This document shows positions 21,380 through 32,820 of a stretch of 32,820 nucleotides of DNA, piece by piece. The first letter of the stretch is position 1. Each line of letters opens with the position of its first letter. The notes under the pieces were generated by a model. It saw only the letters and a list, made by a program, of their open reading frames with translations, was not told the origin of the DNA and did not search any database. The DNA is from Paraspadella gotoi. Taxonomy: Eukaryota; Animalia; Chaetognatha. The stretch is from the NCBI GenBank assembly GCA_051294375.1, contig JBJCIZ010000193.1, forward strand, positions 1 to 32,820. Direction: 5' to 3'. The position numbers and the translations under genes are program-made.

Positions 21380-22192
21380 ACAAAAAGTAGAAAACTCAAA
21401 CAGTATAGTGTACAAAACTATAAAGTCAGTAAACGTAACTAACTGATTAAATATTCACAGAAAAAAAAGACACTATTTATGTTAAATTGGACTCATAATA
21501 AATTATGAATTAATTATAAGAAACTAAAATATAAGTTCAAGAGTCAAAATTCAATTTTATAAAAAAAATAAACAGTAATAGGAGGAGGCATCAATATATT
21601 ATTTAACGAAATTAAAAGAAAAGGCAAATATGTTACAATTGTTTACAATGGAAATTTTTCCAAATTTTTTTACCCTAATGGAGTTGTAATAGATTTTATT
21701 TTTATTTGTTAATTAAGATATAGCTTCTCATTAAAAAATCTTTGAGTTCATTTTTTATTAAAATTAAATACAAAATTTTTGAATTTCTCTTCAATTTATA
21801 TATGAAAGGTAAATTAGATTAAGCTTTCTATAGTACTAATTTGACTATTATAATGAGATTTTAATCTCATTTGCCTTTGAGTATATATGAACGTGAAATC
21901 AACAAAATAACTAATCCAAATGAATTGAAAATATCACAGTATTTAAGATGAAAAAAAAGCATAAATCTAAAAAAAATTTTAACTTACTATGAAGCCACTT
22001 TGTAATACTTTATCAAATTATAAAATTTTTATTTAAAAAAACGGTAAGTCACGCCAACCTAAAAAGGTAGTAGATTGTTGATAATTATGAATACAGCGTG
22101 ACGGACGAGAGAGAAAGAGGGACGATGAGTCCAAAGAGTCAACTTTAAAACATTATGAACAGACCAGGGAAGCCTGTGCCTGGTCGAAAAAA
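19420..22192 (-). mobile_element. Modular DINE-1/HINE-like repeat, indel-rich copy (same orientation as copy 1)
   Basis: Seen: ~19510-19770 matches 670-930, ~20070-20450 matches 1055-1460, and ~21590-22190 matches 1760-2390, ending in a degraded terminus. Confidence 0.75.
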
Positions 22193-22203
22193 GGAAGTGA
22201 GAG

Positions 22204-22875
22204 GCGATGCGATTTTTATTCGCGTATAATTGTTTAGTTTACGTGTTAGATGCGTCATAGTTGTTCGTGAATATCGAATTTCTCATTCCCCGACAGCTTT
22301 ATTAGAGCTACGAACGGAGCCCGTGTTTCAGTTTATCTTTACAATCTTTTATCTCATTCAGAACGTTGTGTAAAAAATGTAAAAGGAAAAAATTTAATAA
22401 GTTTTTATGTTTACTGCCAATTTTTATGTTCTATCTGGACCTGCAATTGAAGGTTAGTTTCATATTGGATTATATTGAATTGTAATTAGTTTTATGTTAC
22501 TTTAAATTTAAGGTTATTTAATAGTTAATTTTAATTGTCTATTTTTGTAGTTTAACTTGACACTTGCTCTCCTTGAACCACACCTCCTTTTGCTATGTCC
22601 TTTACATTGCTTACATGAAGCTATGTATGAGATTGGAAATTGGTATTCTAAATGGTTGGTTACTATTATCTGCTGTATACATTGGTTAAGAATATAAGGT
22701 TATAGTTAAGGTGTTGTCATGTTAGAACTGTTTGTTTCAAAGATACTTGTTTGAAGTAGTTGACAAGGTTGAATTCAATATATTAATTAAGGGCCATTAA
22801 GGGATCTAGAAGAATGAGATGACTAGATTTGTTTTTTGCGATAATATCGGATTATTAGGTTGCGCGTTAAGAGTC
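22204..22875 (+). repeat. Probable 5' LTR of element 2 (approximate boundaries)
   Basis: Seen: tttttattcgcgtataattgtt (22213) ... tgcgcgttaaga (22861-22872), repeated at 28259 ... 28917-28928. Confidence 0.8.
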
Positions 22876-25800
22876 GCTTTCAGTTAAAACTTACATTTCT
22901 GAGTGCCATAGATGCTTCATTTTTGTGCCTCTCATTTTAAATTTTACTTTGGTTTTAGCTGGTTTAAATGATTTAAGCTTTAAGGCTTCTGATGTGTTGC
23001 TTTATGATTTAAACCTAGGGGTTAAGTATCAAGGTGGCTTTTCCTTTGACAGGGATAACTCAAGGGCTTGTCTATTGACCATTTTGTTTATGAATGATTA
23101 ATATGATTTTTTCTGCCATGGTAGGTATGTACGTGGAAAGACGTTCTTGAGGATCTGAAGTAGGAGAAGCTGACAGTGGCTCATTAGTTGTTCATCATGC
23201 CATTGCAGTGCAGGACCGCGTAAGTTGAGCGCTTAGGTCACTCAGGTGCAAGATGCTTTTAAGATTTTTAGACAATAGGTGTGAAGAATTCCGCCAAGAG
23301 GGTGGATAGAAGACTCGTACATGGAGATTAAGATAAAGGGAGCCTTAGTAGGATTTGCACTCTGAATGCAATACAAAGCAGTTCTTGAGCCATTGGGAAA
23401 ACTCCCCCTTCTCATCTCAATGCTAGATCTGTATCAAGCGCAGCTACTCTTTGCTGAATTTAGCTGTGATAGTATACATAAAAGCTTGCTCTGCTTCAGT
23501 GACAGTCTTTCCCCTTTCGACTTGCCGTTTTTAGGAGATTTCATACACAAGGAGGATGAGCGGTCGTATGTATTGATGTAGCCATTCCGTATTCATCTAA
23601 ATAGCAAATCTAACTGGGAGTTTTACTCTCTAACGCGATCAGCGCGCAGCAACAAAGGCTGCTATTGAGGCTTAAAAGGCGCAATTAAGGTTTTCAGTAC
23701 CTTAAGAAAACATGGTATGAGAAACAGATAGAAATGGAGGCAGCAAGCGTAAGAGATAGAATATGGAGGACCGGCAAGAAGCGTAAGCAGTAGAAATGGA
23801 GGTGCAGCGAAAGCGTAAGCAGTTGGAATTTGAAAAGATGGAACAAAAGAGGAAGCCAACGAGAGATTATGGAATGAATGAAGAAAAGTGAGCTCAATAG
23901 CCAACTTGATCTGGTAAGGTGCCTGGAGAATGTGCGATCCAGTGAGGAGGGGATTCAAGATGACCCATGTCCTCTAATGATTCGGTTCAGAGCTTTCCTG
24001 AGAAAGTATGACATACAGCCAGATTGTCTGGCACAGGCCACCAGATATTTGTTTTGAGCCCAGCTATCTGGTCAGCTTCAGATCCGTTTCAATTCCTTAG
24101 ATATACCTCTCCGGGCTGTGGGCGGGCAGTCTACTGGCGTCTCGGCTCTGCCGTCCAGCTCACCTGACTTCAGTAATTCCATTCGATCCTCTATACTATA
24201 GTACTGCCATTATACTTCCACATTTGTTCCTGTCTTTTATCCCTGTTCATTCACATTGGCTTCTATCAGCGCACATCGCTGCCATTGTATTTGCCCATTG
24301 CCTTTACCAATTTTAATCTATTTTAGCCTCTCACTGACTCTCCTACAACAGCGACTTTAACACGCTTTTTTCAAACTTTATTCGCCCACCTATTCAAGGC
24401 GTTATGCGACATAGCCTTTCAACCTGGCTTGGCGCTTCATGGTTCCCGACTGGTGCATCAAGCATTAGGCACTGAGCCTCAAATCCACAAGATGCAACAC
24501 GATATCGGTGTCAGCTGTTAGACCGCGGTTGGCTTCGCTTCGTTCGAAAAAGCAATTAAGGCGTTGATAGTTTTGACTGCGCCCATTTCTTACTACGAGT
24601 TTGCGCTTAAGTTGAGAGTTCTTGCTGCTCTCAGGAAGTTTAGGGAATTGTTGGAGTGGGTAGAGGGAGGCCTTATATTTTGATCAGAGATTTGAATAAA
24701 TGGGAATGCCGATGTTGAGATTATATGACGGGAAGTTGAGCTCGCTCAAAGGTGGGCCACCTATTCTTGCAGGGGAAAGTCAAAATTCTGAAGAAGGCAA
24801 ATTGAAGGGGGATTTTTTATGTTTGTTTTGTTTATATGAAATTTTTATTATTCTAGCTTCGTCTTGTGGTGTACTAGTGCGCGACACAGAATACATTTGA
24901 GTGAATTGCCTACTACTCTGTCAATAGAGATATTCTTGAGACGGTGTTATGTTTTGAAAGTGCTTGTGAATTATAAAAGTTTAACCTGTATAAAGAATGT
25001 CATGTGGATACTGACCTTATTGATTTTCCTTCGAATTTTCTCACGAATATGATTAGAAGGTGATACTTTTTTTTTTTCATTCATTGTGAAGATTTTTTTT
25101 CTCATGAGGTAAAAATAGTGTATATTTTTTTGTGTTGTGTTGATTTCTCTGCTTTTTTGGTGTTCATTTTGGTATATTCTTATTTTTATTTTTTGTCTTT
25201 CTATAATATTATAGGTGTTTTGTTGTCATTTTTCTTTCTTTGTTTTTTTTGCGGTAGAGAAGTGTCTGTCTTTTTTGCGTGCTTATTAGTTCTTTTCAGC
25301 GGTACTAAACAATTGTTCTGATCTGTTTTTCTTCCCGTATTTGCTTTAGGAGATGTTTGGGAACTGATGCTATTCTGTGGCTGTCTAGATTTGTTGTATA
25401 GGATCCCAATGCATTCACTATTTAAGGGACATTGCACAATCATTTCTTCCAGCAGTGAAGTTCTTAAGTCAATCTGACCAAGATCTTCTAAACAAGCGAT
25501 CCGCTCTACTGCTCTCTACACTTCAATATCGTTGCACCACATCAGCAATCCAGCTGCTAGAATATAGGGTGCTCTCATTCATTAGGAGTCCATGGAAAAT
25601 GATTGTTACGGATGTATTTGGTTCCATAGTCGTCATTCTTTGGTTTTGTGCGACTATTGTATGGTGATAGCTCTTAGCTTCTCTTAGATATTTGGAAGTG
25701 AGTACTTTTTTTGTTCTCTGCGTTTGATGAGCATATTGGATATGCCTATTACTTAGGTTGCGATGATTGATCCTTAAGGTTCATTGGTAGTTAATTACGT

Positions 25801-28252
25801 GCCATCGAGTATGTTCACCTTGCAGTGCTTAGAGCTGTGTGAGCTATGTAGGTAGTAGTGTAGGGTAATATGTGACTGCTTCTAATGTTTGCCTCTAATT
25901 ATTATCGATTGATTCACGAGCTTATCAAATGGTGAACTTACGCTCCCAACTAAAGAGAGGTTATGGTTGACCATTATTTATGAAGTGTTCGGTGGTGGTG
26001 ATTGAAGTTGCTTGAGAGTTTTGCTTCATTTTTGGTAGGGACTTTGCTGTATACTTTGCTCATGGAGAGTATTGTTGGTGTGTTTATTTGCTACTCCTAG
26101 TCTTTAGTTATTGGTGGTCTTGATGAGTTCTTAGGGAGGAAGATGGTTGGGAATAAAAATCTTTTATATCTTATTCGATTTTGCGTAAGATTATGAACTA
26201 TCATTGCTAATTATTTGTATTGTGATGCTACTGTTGATTTATCTTCTTGAGGCATCTGAGTTTTAATAGAATTGATCTTGGATCATGGGAAAGTATGCAG
26301 TTTCTGTTGGGCTTGGGTATTCGACTCCAAATTACGATTTGAGTATTCTTCAATGTGATGATTGCTGTAAAGGCGGTGGGAGAATGGACTATTTCCTGAA
26401 TTGGTAATTGTTGTCTTGTGTCAGTCAGCTTCAGTTAATTTCCTTTGGGTCCCGACTTCTCCATGTATTCTTCTAGCGAGGTTATCTTTTGCTTTTTCAG
26501 AATAGCCTGTTAAATTGCCCGGATTGTGTGTTTGGGATGAATTCCCTTTCCTGAGGTTGATTAAAGAAGCTTATTATGAATGGTCTCGTAGTTTGCTACT
26601 TGTCTTGGTTCGAGTACAATGTGTGAAAAAAGACCTCACCTATCAATAATCGTACACTTTTTCATATTGTTTGTTGATTGATTGGATGCGTGGCTCTTTT
26701 GGTGCTGCAGCTATTCATCGAAATTGTTTGATTGATTTTGAATGTGTCATGTTAATTATTGTTGCTTTAAGGCGTGTACTCTGAATGTTTGTGCTAAAAA
26801 ATGTTTTTTTTTTTCGCGGAAATCCTTATTTCTCTTTGTCATTCTGTTTATTTGATGCAAGGAGCTTATCTTTTCTTGGATGTATTTGTACATAGTTCTT
26901 AAACGTGAGGCAGACGAGGACCGTGGTGATGTTTTTTGGATAGATCTATCTGCATACTTGGCAAGATGATTAGAAATAGATAACAGTACAGGCATTTTTT
27001 CAATCGATTTGAAATACATTCCATGAGTGTGACAGATGTTGGGACATGGCGTTAATTGTTCCACCAATAAGAAAAGCGACTCTGTGTTCGTGGTTTGATG
27101 CAGAGATTCGTCTCTTTGAAGTTTTTGCATGTGGTCCAGAGTATTCTACTCGATTCGCTTCAGTTGGCATAATCTGAGAAGAAAGGATTTGTTTGTATAG
27201 CAACTAAATGATTTAAATGCATACTTATCGGCGGCTGCTTCGTAGCTTCTCACTCAGATGTCTTTGAGGAATTGGTCAAAAGGTCCACATTCTAGCGGAG
27301 ACTGTGTAGTCCAGCATTATTGAATTCTTTTGAAGTTTTCGTGCTACGACACTCTGGTGTCAAGGTCTTTGGAGCGCACATGGACAACTATGTGGCAACA
27401 AGGAGTTGGTGATGCCAATTAGAGTGGAACAAGAGAGCAAGAACAGTCAAGCATCTCGATAAGTGTCTTCAATCCTGCTGAGGCGCCCATGGGGAGGCGC
27501 TGGGATACTCTCGTCAGATTAGAGAAAGCGTTATTCTCTTATCAGTGAAAGACGTTCGGAGTCGTGTTTGGTACCTACTCTGCTAGTGGAGACATTGTGA
27601 TATCGTCCTAATTTAGAGGAATCCTGAAGAGCGGAAGATAGACCAGGTCCCGTCATCGTTGCTGTATACGTTTCGTGCTTGGTGCACCCTGACTGTCTCC
27701 GATGTTGATGGGAGAGTTGCGCGCGATGCATGAGAGTAGTGCCTTGGATGATTTTTGAAGCGGTGGCAGCTAAGAGTATACTTGCGGAGTTTGCAACAGC
27801 GCCCAGAAGTGACAAAGTCACACCGGCAAATCTCAAGAAGGTGCGACACTCTGGTTTTTCATGACGAACGACAAGCTACCTCGGTACATTGGATCTTGCC
27901 ATTATAGAGTGAACCGCTTGGGATGGCATCCTGTTGCGCCGTGTCGAGTCCGTAGGCAAAAGAACTGTCTTGACCGGATTGTCCAAGTTGTCCTCTGCTC
28001 GAATTGCTCATGAAGAAGATCGAGAGAAGGAATTTGATTATCTCGATCTAACACGTATAGATTTTTATCTGTGTAACAGTGTACTTTTCTTGTAGTGTTT
28101 TTACCATTTCGTTTTATCGAGATGATTTTAAGCATTTATTTATGTAGAATGGTTTATCAAATTTTAGTATGATTGTTATGTCTATGTTTTTAGCTAACGC
28201 AATATTTTATGTTCGCTTTATTTATCAGGAAACCTGATGCGGTATGGAAATA

Positions 28253-28937
28253 GCGTGCTTTTTATTCGCGTATAATTGTTAGTTTGTGTTAGATGATAGA
28301 ACATTGTTTCCGTTGATATCTGAATTACTGTTCCCGGATAGCTGTTTTAGAGTAACGAACGGAGCGTGTTAGTTGTATCTTTCACAAGTCTTTTACTCTA
28401 TTCAAACACGTGGTAAAAATAAATAGGATAAATACTCTAAATAACTGTTTTGTACTAATTTTACTGCCATGTTTTATTCTCTATCGGAACCTCCAAATTG
28501 AAGTAGTTTACATTGGCATTATATATGATTGTACTTAGGCTTATATATGTTACTTTATAAAGTTTAGGTTTATTTAATGTAATTAGCATTGCTATTTTTG
28601 TAGCTTTTAACTTGCCTGCTTCTCCTTGACCCACCCCTTATTGTATGTCTTCCTATTTGCTTACCCATGATATTTTGTACTGAGATTGAAATTGTATATT
28701 CAAAATGTGGTTTACTATTATGCTTTATTATATGTTTAAGAATATAGGTTATAGTTAAGGTGTTTTACATGTTAGAAATGTTTGGTTTTTCAAAGTATTG
28801 TTTGAGAGTAGTGATAACGGATTTGAATTTCAATAATTAATAGGCACAAAATTGGCACCTAGAAGAATAGAGATGAAACTTAGATTTGTTTTATTTGCGA
28901 TAATTCGTATATTAGGTGCGCGTTAAGAAGCGTCACA
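28253..28937 (+). repeat. Probable 3' LTR of element 2, ending ...gtcaCA
   Basis: Seen: collinear with 22204-22875 throughout (e.g. aagaatat(a)aggttatagttaaggtgtt in both). Confidence 0.8.
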
Positions 28938-30840
28938 GGAAGAAAAGTGTATTTTATAACGGATATGGATGGCTTCAAAAACGGAAGTAGCGGAAGAGGG
29001 CGTATGTATGGATACGGTGATTATCATAATACAGATACTTCCATGTAAGTGCCTTGTTTCGAATGAAATTTGCGAGTATGAGCAACCAATAAGTGTTGTT
29101 ATACTAAGACAGTTATGTGTATGTGATCCAGAAATCACGTAAAAGAAAGTCAATTGCTAGCGTAACTCATTATGTGGATTTGATACCGGCAGCTCATCCA
29201 AAGTATTTGCTACTAACTGCGCACTCTGCTATACATAATTGTTATTTGTTTAGAACCTTTAAGTAATTAAACGATTTACTTGTTTTACTTTTGTTTTATC
29301 AAACAATGATCACTCAATCATTTCCATAATAGTGATCATAGTTTCTCTCCATCTAGCTTAAACCGATTTTCAAGATAACAATATTAAACATGACTTCAAA
29401 TCTCAGCAGTTTATTATTTATTATAGTCTCCGTTATACATTTATATTTTACTGAGATCTTTTAATTATCCTCATGGATATGATTGTTATTGTTCATGTAG
29501 ATTTCATGAAGTTCTGCTGGAAAAGTAATATGAATATCTGTATGCTATTGATTATTTATTAAGGTACTTATTAAGCATTTACCAAGCAAGTTGTTACATG
29601 ACTTTTACTCAAATTAGATAACTTTGCATCGCCACGTGAGCGTCAACGTAGCGCTCTTTTTTTCTTCCTTCTTTTTTTTTTGTTTTTTTTTATTTTTTCA
29701 TGACTATCGTCACTCTAATCAATTTGTACCATAAAGAATGAGAATGGAATTTACTTTGAATGGAAAAGAATAAGTCACATTTAGTTTAATGACTTTTACT
29801 CATTTCAACATATAATTGCACAATTAAGTCTATTAGATGATATGATCGCATAATAGTTTGTCTTTGGGTGGAAAGTTGTGTGATTGCGTTAAATATAAAA
29901 GTTCAATGGAATCGTGAAGTGGATAAAGAGTTTAGGTAGAAAAAACAAAGTCATATTTACATAAACCTTTTTAATTATTGTATTTTAATTTTCATAGATT
30001 AACTGATATAAAATATTTGTGGTGTGGTAATGAAGTTGAGTAATTAAGCTGCTATATAAGTCTTCGTATGGATGGGTGCAGGTAAAAATTTGAGTTTTAA
30101 TAAGAAACAAGAACGGTAATCAATGGGTTGTGCGAGATGTGCCTTTACACATATATTTCGTGACATGAAGCATGATGAATATGAGCATGATCTTGACAGT
30201 AAATAACTTATGAATACATACTTTCTTAACCATTATATTTTAGGGCCTGCACTACAATAAAAATTCCGTTTTTAATCCTTGTTTTATTTTAGATTGTTCT
30301 GAAAGGCGGCGCTTGCAGTCTTTAGATTTCAGGTTTTTTCTCTGTCTGAACAAATGAGAACATACCAAGTGGGACAGAGCATTGAGAAACAGCATACTAC
30401 CGACATGACCAATGGAGTCCGACCGAAGTTGATTATAGAGCTGTCTGAGTAGTTCAGGCGCAACTAAAAAAAAGTACATTTATGATTTTATGTAAAGTTC
30501 TCTTATTCTTTCTTAATTCTCCGGATAAATTGAGGCGATTACTATTAGGAAAAAAGTATATTAATAATTCATTTATTTAAATAAAAGTATACAAAACTTG
30601 GATAAAAAATATCTTAATATTTGGCATGCCTTCTGGATCGGGAGTACTGCTGCATTCGTCTGGGCATGCTTCTCATAAGCAATTGAAGGTATGAAGGAAA
30701 ATTTTTTTACATCTTTAATATTTATGGAGGAATTGATGTTAAAGCGATTTTTATTATTAATAGTGCAAGGACATGTTTAGACATAGAGATGTCGAGTCTT
30801 ACATTAGCGTTTTGACTATTTAAATATGGAAATGTGATTA

Positions 30841-31055
30841 AAGAAAGAGAGAGAGGAGAGAAAGAGAGAGAGAAAAGAGAAGGGAGAGAGAGAGAGACAG
30901 AAGGTTAAATTCACAAAAATTAGAGAGAGATTAGTGTGCAGTTCCGAGGACAGATTAGTTTTAGCGAGATAGATATAAGATGGTGAAAAGAAATGAATTT
31001 GGGTGAAGGTGAGAGAGAGAGCTGAGAGAGAGAGGAGAGAGAGAGAGTGAGAAGA
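30841..31055. repeat. Imperfect (GA)n microsatellite tracts
   Basis: Seen directly at ~30841-30900 and ~31010-31055. Confidence 0.85.
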
Positions 31056-32454
31056 AATAAATAGTAATTACATTTTGAGCAATTGTAAACAAAGATATAA
31101 ATTAAAACAACTGAGTTGTGTATAAAAAAATTGCAATAATTAATTTGAAGTTGAAATGAAATGAATGAAATTGAAATATAAGAGTTTAATTAGAGGGATA
31201 GATAAGTAAAAGTAGTTAGTGAATGATAAGCCTGTATAAAGAGATCAAATGCCAAGCTCCCCAGGTCTTATGAAAAAGGCAATGGCTGAATGGTGCCGGG
31301 TATTGGAGCGTCATAGGCTGAGAGGAAGTGGGTTGATGCTCAAGTTTGCTGGCCGGGCAGCGATCCTGAAGGAAATGAGCAGATGACTTGTTCTTGGCTG
31401 ATCGTGACTGCCGACGCCCTCCTCAATGACAGGTGAGGCGGGGCCGAGTATGTCATCTTGCCACTTTTGCGGGACGTGATACTCTTCATCTCATGCTGCG
31501 CGGTTCGTTTGGACGAACGCCTCAAGCCAGGAAGAGGAGTGCTGCAGAAGATATGTAAGCATAGTGCCTTATACAATTTTTCAGACCGATAATTTGATGT
31601 TGATCATTGGAAATTTCAACGAGGGTAGAAATACGCTGTCATTTGCAAACAGTGGTTTTCATTGATTAAAAATTAGTTTGAGTAAAGATTAAAGTATTAT
31701 GTGTTCAATTTATATGATAGATTAGATATGCTTGGAATGAGTGGAGAAGTTGGCGTTGTATCTAGTCATTTTAATCTCATTTTTAGACTAATTTTTTTTT
31801 TTCTTTCAGTAGTTTCTGAATAAATTTAAATAAAATAATATTAATATATTATCTTCTGAAAGCCCTTTCGATCATAATAGAGAGTATACATTTTGACAAA
31901 TACTTGTGAGTATAAAAGTTTAAACCGGCCAGCTTTAATTTTGTAATTAGGAATCAAAGAAGAATCTTTCCCCAAAATCAATAATGGAGGGTAAATTTAA
32001 GATTTTTATAAGGTGATTGCTGATTTAATTCATTTTTCAGGCTCTTCATGATACTTATATATATATAATTTAATGTCTTAAAATTTAATCAGGTCATATA
32101 TTTTTTATAAAGATTTGAATTTTAGTATATTAAACTTTGACTAATCTTATTGACCAAAAGGCTGGCCATTAATTTTATGTTTAGAGTTTGTAGTTATCAT
32201 TCTCTTCATTTTTTAAGGTTTCCGAGGATATAATTATGTTATATCTAATAAATAATAGTTGTTTAAAACAAGTTTGAGCAAACAATGTGGATTGCCTACG
32301 ATAATGTAATTAATGTAATTAATTAATTAATAGATAATTATATCATAATTAATAGATTAATATAATTTATTATTCAGCTGGTCATGCATCGATGTCCTTG
32401 ACATTGAGTCAGGATACATTAAATGTTTTTGTTACATTTTACAACAAATATCTC

Positions 32455-32600
32455 TATTATGAGCTCTGGCGGGCAAAGCCGTCGTCAGATTTTGAATTCG
32501 TTTGTTTCGGTCAACGGCTTTTTGCAAAGTCAATGGCTTATTAAGTGTGATATCGATAGCGGAGTTGAAATTTCCTTATATGGCGTCTAAGATAAGATCT
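32455..32600 (+). mobile_element. Possible 5' end of a different HINE/DINE-like element
   Basis: Seen: tattatgagctctggcgggcaaagccgtcgtcaga imperfect hairpin followed by gtttgtttc. It resembles agctctgacgaacaaagccagag at ~10110. The sequence is noisy and no second end was found. Confidence 0.25.
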
Positions 32601-32820
32601 TTAAATTCTCATGTTATATCAATATCGTATTGTTTTGTTTTATTTTACAAAACAGAAAACGTTTTAATTATATGTGTCTCTTCTCCTTTCTTTTAATATA
32701 ATGTCTCTCAGTCTCTTCTCTTTTGTCTCTAGCTGCTCTTCATGTTTGTTAGAAAGGAGTTCCCCGGCATCTCAGCGTCTGTACATCTTCTTTCATTCTC
32801 GTCACTCTCTTCTTCGTTCT

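Larger units (their letters stand above)
22204..28937 (+). mobile_element. Second LTR retrotransposon (Ty3/Gypsy domain order), heavily corrupted by indels
   Basis: Seen: ~670-bp direct repeats at both ends. Plus-strand remnants: gag-like YEFALKLRVLAA (24594), RNase H-like CD/ASNV (25871) and FIFGRDFAVYFAH (26025-26063), integrase-like KYI/HECDRC (27012-27039) and LFEV/LHV (27112). PBS, PPT and TSD were not recoverable. Confidence 0.7.

Noticed and set aside
27000-27203. Minus-strand RVAFLIGGTINAMS as a protease motif
   Set aside because: It lacks the catalytic Asp, and the plus strand here carries integrase-like motifs in the expected order.
31240-31630. GC-richer island that could be a host exon
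   Set aside because: No recognisable motif or stable frame in error-rich sequence. It needs a frameshift-aware search.
1-32820. tRNA or rRNA genes and prokaryotic systems
   Set aside because: None were seen. The only tRNA-related sequence is the PBS.

Overview
AT-rich, repeat-dominated eukaryotic genomic DNA, probably from an invertebrate (inference from the transposon clades present). (1) 3801-9763 is a complete, very young Ty3/Gypsy LTR retrotransposon of the CsRn1/Kabuki-type clade. It has identical 212-bp LTRs, a GGCA target-site duplication, a tRNA-Trp-type PBS, a CHCC Gag, a -1 frameshift signal, and PR-RT-RH-IN Pol broken by one frameshift. It sits inside an 18-bp minisatellite. (2) A modular, GA-microsatellite-rich repeat with a DINE-1/HINE(Helentron)-like hairpin terminus occurs at 1-2548, 10134-12586, ~16850-17455 and ~19420-22192, in alternating orientation. 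(3) The most unusual part is ~12.6-16.85 kb, a compact, all-minus-strand gene cassette I cannot assign to any known family. It holds a four-exon Thr/Met-rich type I membrane mucin (introns of 60, 61 and 62 nt), two or three tandem paralogous small genes of possible PC4/PUR-like fold, and twin perfect 19-20 bp hairpins with a compensatory base-pair change. The cassette lies between inverted copies of the modular repeat. (4) A second, indel-riddled Gypsy element on the + strand spans ~22.2-28.9 kb. From ~16.85 kb onward the sequence looks like unpolished long-read data, which limits what can be said there. All alignments were done by eye; no searches were run.
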